From the NCBI GenBank assembly GCA_963786105.1, contig CAWAXX010000012.1, positions 96,001-160,000 on the forward strand: a DNA stretch of 64,000 nucleotides, in the 5' to 3' direction. Source of the DNA: Vulcanimicrobiota bacterium (lineage in GTDB: Bacteria; Vulcanimicrobiota; Vulcanimicrobiia; Vulcanimicrobiales; Vulcanimicrobiaceae). The position numbers and the translations under genes were made by a program. Shown piece by piece: positions 57,384-64,000 of the stretch (the first letter of the stretch is position 1; each line of letters begins with the position of its first letter). The notes beneath the pieces are model-generated. The model searched no databases, was not told the origin of the DNA, and was given only the letters and a program-made list of their open reading frames with translations.

Positions 57384-58394
57384 ATGACGGTTAATCTCAT
57401 CGGGCTCACGCGCGAAGTTTACAAAGGACTGCCCACGACGCTCTGCGCCGGCTGCGGCCATAACTCGATCACCAATCACCTGATCAAAGCGCTCTTCGAT
57501 TACGGCGTAGAGCCGCACAAACTCGCGAAGATGAGCGGAATTGGATGCTCGTCGAAGACGCCCGCCTACTTCGTGGAGCAGGCTCACGGTTTCAACAGTC
57601 TGCACGGGCGCATGCCTTCGGCCGCCACTGGAGCGAAGGTTGCAAACCGAGACCTGCTCGTGCTGGGTATCAGCGGCGACGGCGACACCGCGAGCATCGG
57701 AATCGGCCAATATTGCCACATGATTCGGCGAAACGTCGACCTAACGTACATCATCGAAAACAACGGTTGTTACGGGCTGACGAAGGGTCAGTTCTCCGCG
57801 ACCGCCGACGTCGGATCCACGCAGAAGAGCGGCAAAGTGAACGAGTATGCCACCATCGACGTCTGCGGCCTGGCCATCGAGCTTGGCGCGACCTTCGTAG
57901 CTCGCTCGTTTTCGGGCGACGGCAAGCAGCTCGTACCGCTGCTTCAAGCGGCGTTCTCTCACCGCGGAACGGCGATCATCGACATCGTCAGCCCTTGCGT
58001 CACCTTCAACGATCATCAGGGTTCTACCAAGAGCTACGCTTACGTGAAAGATCACGACGTCGTATTGCATACCGCCGATTACATTGCCGGCGGCAAGGAA
58101 ATCAGCGTCGACTACGAGCCCGGCACCGTTCGCGACGTCGAGCTGGAGGACGGGTCGCACATTCTCTTGCGCAAGCTGGACGTCGACTACGATCCGACCG
58201 ACTCGATGCTCGCGCTGCGAACCATCCACGATACCGGCGCCCGGGGCGAATTCGTCACCGGACTATTGTACGTGGATACCAAATCGCAGGATCTCTGCGA
58301 ACGAGAACGGTTGCCGCGCGATCCCCTCGTTCACCTCGAAGAAGAGGCGCTACGGATCGGTCGCGACGACTGGGAAAAGCTCATGCACCCCTGA
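57384..58394 (+). CDS. korB: 2-oxoacid:ferredoxin oxidoreductase subunit beta
   Basis: LCAGCGH, SGIGCSSK, HGR, SGDGD, NNGCYGLTKGQ, SPCVTFN. Confidence 0.92.
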   Translation: MTVNLIGLTREVYKGLPTTLCAGCGHNSITNHLIKALFDYGVEPHKLAKMSGIGCSSKTPAYFVEQAHGFNSLHGRMPSAATGAKVANRDLLVLGISGDGDTASIGIGQYCHMIRRNVDLTYIIENNGCYGLTKGQFSATADVGSTQKSGKVNEYATIDVCGLAIELGATFVARSFSGDGKQLVPLLQAAFSHRGTAIIDIVSPCVTFNDHQGSTKSYAYVKDHDVVLHTADYIAGGKEISVDYEPGTVRDVELEDGSHILLRKLDVDYDPTDSMLALRTIHDTGARGEFVTGLLYVDTKSQDLCERERLPRDPLVHLEEEALRIGRDDWEKLMHP

Positions 58395-58607
58395 GTGCCG
58401 GCGCGGCAAGGAGACGATCGTGAACCGTTGCATGCGGAATCGAATGGGTGGAGCGCGACCTACGTTGCGGCCTACAACCCGCATTTCAACGGCGGCGTCC
58501 CTTACTCGGGCGAGATGAAGAACGCTTTCCAGTGAGGGGACGATCTCGGGGACGGGCACGCAAAAAGGCCGGATGTACAATTTTCTCGCCAAAGTGAAAT
58601 CGTCGCC

Positions 58608-60089
58608 TTGACGGCCCGCCCGGCGACGGCCGCCAAACGAGACTGGGTCGCGTTCATGCTCTTGAGCGCGACTTTCTTCATGCTGCTCGTCGACTTTTCC
58701 ATCGTTTCGATCGCGTTGCCCTCGATGGAGTCCGAGCTTCACCTCAGTGCCAGCCAGGGTCAGTGGATCGTCAGCACGTACGCGATCTTCCTCGCCGGGT
58801 TCTTGATGCTGACGGGGCGCTGCGCGGACTTGTACGGTCGCTATCGCTTCTTCGTGGCCGGCTTGGTGATCTTTACCGTTGCCTCGCTGCTGGGCGGGTT
58901 TGCGCGTGACGGGACCTTTCTGATCGCCATGCGCGCCGTCCAGGGCCTGGGTGCCGCAGTCGTCAATCCGGCCGCGCTGGCGATCGTGCTGTCGATGTTC
59001 CCGCCGGGTGCGCAGCGCTCGCGAGCGATCGCCATGTGGGGCACGATCGGTAGCGCCGGCATTGCCGCCGGGATGCTGTTCGGCGGCGTTCTCGTCGAAT
59101 ATTTGGGATGGCGATCGGTACTCTTCGTGAACGTGCCGTTTGCGATTGCGATCCTTGCCATGCTGCCGTTTTTCGTCGCGCGCGATCATGGAATGGACGA
59201 TCGGCCGAAGCTCGACATGAGCGGAGCGATTTTTCTAACCGGCGCGCTTGTCACCTTCGTCTACACGATCGAGTCGATACCGTCGCGCGGATTTCTGTCG
59301 GCGCCGACGATTGCCGGCCTGCTGATAACCGTCGTGCTGATCTTGATGTTGGTATTGGTGGAACGGCGCGCGGGAGTGCCGATCCTTTCGCCCCGCCTGC
59401 TCCGTTATCCGGACCTGCTCTCCGGAGCGGCCGTCGTGATGATGCAGCCGATGTCGTATGCCGGCGTGCTGGTGTTTGCGTCGATGTACGCTCAGCGCGT
59501 CTCCGGATACAGTCCGCTCATGGCCGGTCTGGCGTTCTTGCCCTCGTCGTTGATCGTTTCGTTTGTGGCATCGCCGCTAACGATGCCGATCGCTCGCGCG
59601 ATCGGCGTTCGCACCATGGGAATCGTTGCGAACGCCGTGATGATTCTCGGCGAAGCGATCCTCCTGTTCATGCAGCCGAGCTCGTCTTACTGGGCAGCGA
59701 TCTTTCCCGCAACCTGTATCGGAGGTTTTGGCGGCATGCTCGCGTACCAAAGCGGCATGATCGCCGGACTCGCGCACGTCGACGATGCCGACGAAGGCAG
59801 CGCTTCGGCGGCGCTCAGCTTTGCGTTACAGCTGGGCATCGGTTTCGGCGTGGCGTTTGGCGCCGCCGCCGAGGAGTTGCGAGCGAACCTCTTGCTGCAC
59901 GCCGGCGGTGCGCCGAGCGCCGCGCTTGCCGCCGGGCTGCACGCCGCGTTTTGGGTCTGCGTGATCTTTGGCGTGCTAACGCTGGCGGCCGTTTTCGGGT
60001 TGCGGCACGCCGCCACCGCGGAGATCCCGCGGCGCCACTATCTGGCGTTTGGCAAGCTGCATCATCGCGCGGCGGTAACGCACCCGTGA
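58608..60089 (+). CDS. MFS transporter, DHA2 (EmrB/QacA-like, 14 TM)
   Basis: VDFSIVSIALP, GRCADLYGR, RAVQGLGAA, GWRSVLFVNVP. Start TTG 58608 or ATG 58656. Confidence 0.92.
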   Translation: MTARPATAAKRDWVAFMLLSATFFMLLVDFSIVSIALPSMESELHLSASQGQWIVSTYAIFLAGFLMLTGRCADLYGRYRFFVAGLVIFTVASLLGGFARDGTFLIAMRAVQGLGAAVVNPAALAIVLSMFPPGAQRSRAIAMWGTIGSAGIAAGMLFGGVLVEYLGWRSVLFVNVPFAIAILAMLPFFVARDHGMDDRPKLDMSGAIFLTGALVTFVYTIESIPSRGFLSAPTIAGLLITVVLILMLVLVERRAGVPILSPRLLRYPDLLSGAAVVMMQPMSYAGVLVFASMYAQRVSGYSPLMAGLAFLPSSLIVSFVASPLTMPIARAIGVRTMGIVANAVMILGEAILLFMQPSSSYWAAIFPATCIGGFGGMLAYQSGMIAGLAHVDDADEGSASAALSFALQLGIGFGVAFGAAAEELRANLLLHAGGAPSAALAAGLHAAFWVCVIFGVLTLAAVFGLRHAATAEIPRRHYLAFGKLHHRAAVTHP

Positions 60090-61246
60090 GGCCGTTTATG
60101 CCGGCGCTGGCGCTCGGATTGCTTGCGGTGGTTCCTTCGGCGGCGCAGAGTCCCAGCGCGGCGCAACTGCTGGCAGAGGGTGATTTCAACGCTGCAGGAC
60201 CGGCGTATGCGGCCGCGCTGTCGGCCAACCCCAACGACCTCGGCGCTCAACTCGGATTGGGCGCGATTCGTTTGTATGAAAACGATGTAACGGGTGCCGA
60301 GCCGTTGCTGCGTGCCGTCGTCGCAAAAGAGCCGGCAAACTCGCGCGCCATCAGGTTGCTCTCCGAACTGGAACGTCGCAAAGTCGAGCGCGGTCGCCGA
60401 ACGATCGTGGAAGGCGGAACGAGCACCATACCGTTCGTAACGGCGGATCCGCTGCCGGTCGTGCGGTTGAAAGCGAACGGACGGATGGGGACCTTCCTGG
60501 TCGATACGGGTGGAACGCTCGACCTCGAGCCGGCATTCGCGTCAAACCTCGGCTTGGCGCTGCAGGATGCCGGCACTGGAACGTTCGCCGGCGGAAGGCA
60601 AGCCTCGATAAAACGCTCGATGCTGCAATCGGTATCGCTGGGCGCCGCGACGGCGTTCGACGTGCCGGTCCACGTCTTAGAAACGCACGCGTCGACGGCG
60701 TTGGGCGGGCTGCACCTCGACGGCGTCGTCGGAACGACCCTTTTCGAGCGATTTCTGGTAACGATCGACTATCCGATGAAGCGGCTCGTCGTACGGTCGC
60801 GGGATGCTTCCGTGCAATTCATGACGGCGGCGCAGGCCTCCGGTGCGACGATCGTTCGATGCTGGCTCGTCGGCGACCATTTCGTTTTCGCCGATACGCG
60901 GGTGAACGATGGACCAACGGGGTTGTTTCTCTTCGATTCCGGCCTGGCCGGCGGAGGTTTGATGCCTTCGGAGTCGCTCGTCAAGGCTGCAAACATCGAC
61001 CTCGACCGGGCCCACGCGGGGACCGGCATTGGCGGAGGGGGTGAGGTCGCAATGATTCCCTTCGTCGCAAAGGTTGTCGCCGTCGGCTCGGTGGCGCAAC
61101 GCGACGTGCCCGGCGTCTATACGCCGGGAAATTCCTTACCGTTTCCGTTTACCGTTTGGGGAATCGTTTCAAACGATTTTCTGAAGCACTATGCCTACAC
61201 CGTCGATTTCGACGCAATGAAAATCGTGTTGCAGCCGCCGGGCTAG
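60086..61246 (+). CDS. Secreted TPR + double retropepsin-like aspartyl protease
   Basis: Signal peptide, TPR-like helices, FLVDTGG and FLFDSGL, DGVVGT; GTGA overlap with the MFS stop. Confidence 0.8.
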   Translation: MRPFMPALALGLLAVVPSAAQSPSAAQLLAEGDFNAAGPAYAAALSANPNDLGAQLGLGAIRLYENDVTGAEPLLRAVVAKEPANSRAIRLLSELERRKVERGRRTIVEGGTSTIPFVTADPLPVVRLKANGRMGTFLVDTGGTLDLEPAFASNLGLALQDAGTGTFAGGRQASIKRSMLQSVSLGAATAFDVPVHVLETHASTALGGLHLDGVVGTTLFERFLVTIDYPMKRLVVRSRDASVQFMTAAQASGATIVRCWLVGDHFVFADTRVNDGPTGLFLFDSGLAGGGLMPSESLVKAANIDLDRAHAGTGIGGGGEVAMIPFVAKVVAVGSVAQRDVPGVYTPGNSLPFPFTVWGIVSNDFLKHYAYTVDFDAMKIVLQPPG

Positions 61247-63059
61247 CCGCTTTCGCCCGACCTATCTAAGTGCTGCTTCAGAAGGCCGGTCAGCGTCCGC
61301 TCGACGCGCCGTAACGAAGCATTCTCGCCTCGCAGTTCTTCGAGGCTCCTTCGAAGTGCCTGCGCGGTGAGGTGATCGTACGCGAGGGCGGCGGCGCCTG
61401 CGAGAGTTCGAAGAATTTTCTCTCGTCGGGATCCAAATCTTCGCCACCGCGATGTCCGCCGTAGAGCGTGATGGCCTCGAGCCGATTCCCCACGGCAACC
61501 GGCACGGCAAAGAGCGGTTGCCGTTCGCCGCGGGGAAGATCCGCGCGCGGCCAGCGTAACTCCTCGAGGCGAATCGGGCGCAGCTCTGCCCGCAACCGGA
61601 CGACGAGATGATCGTCCGCGTCCAGTTCCGAGGCCTCGCCGGCGTTCCAGTCGGCTGCTCTCGTGCGAACGTAACGTTTCTCGTTTTCACTTTGGACGAA
61701 GACGGCAGCCGAAGCCAGATCGAGGGCGTCGGCAGGCTCCGCAACCAGCAAGTCGGCGACGAGCTCCGTGGACGTGGCGTGCGGTAGCGTCGCCGCCGTC
61801 CGTTCCAACCGGGCTTCGGCGAGGTGCCGCCGCCGAAAGAGAACGACGTCGATGAACCGATCCAGTCGGCTATGCAGAACGTTCAAGGAAAGACCGAGGC
61901 CGACGGCCGCCACGATTTCCAAGACGATCGCCAAGCCTCCCCGCTCGAGAAGTTTTCCGAAGAGATATTCGATGAGGGTAAAAACGCTGACCGCAAAGAT
62001 CGTCAGGATGCTGTAGACGAGCGTACGGCCGACGATGAAGTTCACGTCGATAACGCGGTGGCGAATCACGCCGTACGCAACCGCCACCGCGACCAGCACG
62101 GCCGAGAACGCGAACGCGAAGTACAGGACGAGCGTCCACACCGGATTGCTCGTGAGCACGGCTCCGAACTGCTGCGCGGTGGCGGAAACGATCAGCGCTA
62201 CGAACGTCACCAGCGTCGGCGCCAGCCGGCTGCGAAGGTTTCCGCTGCTGCTCGCATAGGTGGTAGCGATCGCCGCCAGCGCCGCCAAGCTCGGAAGGCC
62301 GGCAGCAACGTAATCCTGCACGAACAAGATCCAATGCGGCGGAGGCGCCGGCGAGAACCAGATGCTCAAATCGACGTAAATGTAAATCGCCGCGACGAAG
62401 ATACCGATCGGCACGGCAAGCCGGTCGATGACGCGATTAGGTCCGCGCGGTACGTCGGTGGGAAAACGGCTCGCGAAGATCAGCATGCCGGCCGTCTGCA
62501 AGGCGTAGAGTAACGCTACGAAAATTTCGTACGTAAGCGCCCATGCCGCCGGAGCATGTTGCGACCAGCGCACCAGCATATCGGGCAGGAGCAGCGGCGG
62601 AGAGACCAGCGCAAACCCCCACGTCATGCGGCTGGGGCGTAATAACACCAGCGCGAGGCTAACCGCGCACAACGCCAAACCGGCGAAGGCGAAAGATAGG
62701 TCGGCCATCCCATAGAGCGAGGGAAGCGCTACCGCCTTCAGCAACACCGAGCGAGGCTTTCCGTGGTGAACGACCTCGAACGGCAACGCCATGCCGGGCA
62801 CGACCCATTCGCTCTCGATCACATTGAGACGGCCGGCAACCGGGAGGTGCTCGTAAACGATCCGGTCCCCCGCTTCGATGCCGGCCTTCGCAGCCGGTAG
62901 ACCGGGTTCGACGGCTGTGATGGTGACGCCGTCGGATGCTACGTTGAAGCCGTACTCGGCTGCCGGCCGATCGTAGGTGATCAACGTGGTGATAAAACAG
63001 ACGGCGGCGTACGCGGCGATGAGTGCGACGAAAACGACTCGGAGGAAACGCGCCGTCAC
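61243..63059 (-). CDS. PDZ - multi-TM - GAF membrane protein, with a frameshift at about 61416-61419 near the 3' end
   Basis: PDZ (VEPGLPAAKAGIEAGDRI), multiple TM segments, YGVIRHRVIDV, GAF-like region. The -1 frame restores ILRTLAGAAALAYDHL plus a coiled coil, ending at TAG 61243. Confidence 0.7.
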
Positions 63060-64000
63060 GACGCTTGCGCCCCGCGACGATTACGCGCCGCAAAAATGGC
63101 GTACGCCGGCAGACCCGTTAGAAGAATGCCGAGGCCGATCGAGGTATCGACCGGTGATTTAATCAGCACGTCGCCGACGATGCCCCACGCAGCCACGAGG
63201 AAGAGTAAAGTCGTCCACGGGTGTCCCGGCATGCGGAAGTACGGGCGTGGTGCTCTGGGATCGCGTGCGTCGCGATTGCGAAACACGATCAGCGCGATCG
63301 CCGAAAGGCCGAAAAACGAGTAGTCGACGCTCGTGACATAGTTGAGTATCTGATCGTATCGGCCCGATATCGTGATGACCGCAGCGACGGCACCTTGCAG
63401 GACGATCGCGATCACCGGTGCGTGCGTACGCGGGTCGACCCAGGCAAGCTGACGGAAAAACGTCTTGTCCGCGGCCATTTGAAAGTACACGCGAGGGGAC
63501 GTGAGAATTTGATTCCCCAGGAAACCCAGGGTGGAGAGCGCGACCACGACCGCCATAATCCGCGCGCCGACGGGTCCGAATGCGAGTTGGGCGATGGCTG
63601 ACGCCGGCGTTCTGGTCGCCGCCAGGCCGGCCGGACCCAACACGCGCAAGCACACGGCGTTGACTGCGAGGTACAGCGCCACGACGCTCAAAACGCCGAT
63701 CAACATTCCGCGTGGGAGGGTTCTCGCGGGATTTTTTAACTCGGCCGACATGAAACTTGCCGTCTGCCAGCCACTGTAAGCAAAGAGCACCGGCACCATG
63801 GCCAACCCCATGGCGGCAATCGTCGCCGACCCGCCAAACGTGCCCGCAGCCGGCACGGCAACCGGACCGCGGGTCGCGAATAACCCAACGGCGACGAAAC
63901 CTCCGATCGCGGCGATCTTGAGAAACATGAACGCGTTTTGCGTCGACGTTCCCGTTCGTACGCCCAATGCGTTGACGAGCGTAAACGCGGCAATCGCCGC
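63056..64000 (-). CDS. APC-family amino acid permease (3' part; starts beyond window)
   Basis: VNALGVR, LFAYSGW, ELKNPARTLP, PRVYFQMAAD, RPYFRMPGHP. Confidence 0.92.
   Translation of the reverse strand, partial: AAIAAFTLVNALGVRTGTSTQNAFMFLKIAAIGGFVAVGLFATRGPVAVPAAGTFGGSATIAAMGLAMVPVLFAYSGWQTASFMSAELKNPARTLPRGMLIGVLSVVALYLAVNAVCLRVLGPAGLAATRTPASAIAQLAFGPVGARIMAVVVALSTLGFLGNQILTSPRVYFQMAADKTFFRQLAWVDPRTHAPVIAIVLQGAVAAVITISGRYDQILNYVTSVDYSFFGLSAIALIVFRNRDARDPRAPRPYFRMPGHPWTTLLFLVAAWGIVGDVLIKSPVDTSIGLGILLTGLPAYAIFAARNRRGAQAS

Noticed and set aside
59108..60085. N-terminal half of the tracked 712-aa ORF
   Set aside because: Off-frame overlap with the MFS gene, Arg-rich nonsense; the protease signal peptide starts at 60086/60098.

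Overview
High-GC bacterial chromosomal window, mostly housekeeping genes. The organism is probably a diderm 'Terrabacterium': it has Lpt and Lnt genes together with CIRCE, Gram-positive-type LexA and SigB-like motifs. An Eremiobacterota/Vulcanimicrobiota-like origin is my inference, not a tested assignment. Gene order: pntB/pntAB/pntAA; FAH-family enzyme; truncated alpha-2-macroglobulin-like protein; polA-DUF192-mutM-rpsA-coaE; two KGG/GsiB-like stress proteins; lnt-lptC; a lipoprotein and a metallothionein missed by the ORF track; slt-lptF/G-lptD; Ada-like, MEDS and PAS-PP2C-HATPase genes; aspartyl protease; epoxide hydrolase; a dcw cluster from mraZ to ddl without ftsQAZ; a cyclase-NTPase-TPR protein; amidohydrolase; citrate synthase; hisA; alr; lgt-like; CIRCE-groESL; korAB; MFS; a second aspartyl protease; a frameshifted PDZ-TM-GAF protein; and an APC permease. 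Best candidate for an undescribed system: a CofE (F420-0:gamma-glutamyl ligase)-like amide ligase translationally coupled between murF and mraY, suggesting an uncharacterised peptidoglycan-precursor modification. Other highlights: rpsA apparently starting at ATC; lnt and a lipoprotein sharing one CATG for divergent starts; three long intergenic fold-backs, one MITE-like with CTAA direct repeats; a perfect Cheo/LexA box upstream of mraZ; and a SigB-type promoter on the KGG genes. No rRNA, tRNA, CRISPR array or transposase was seen. All family calls come from motif recognition; no database searches were run.
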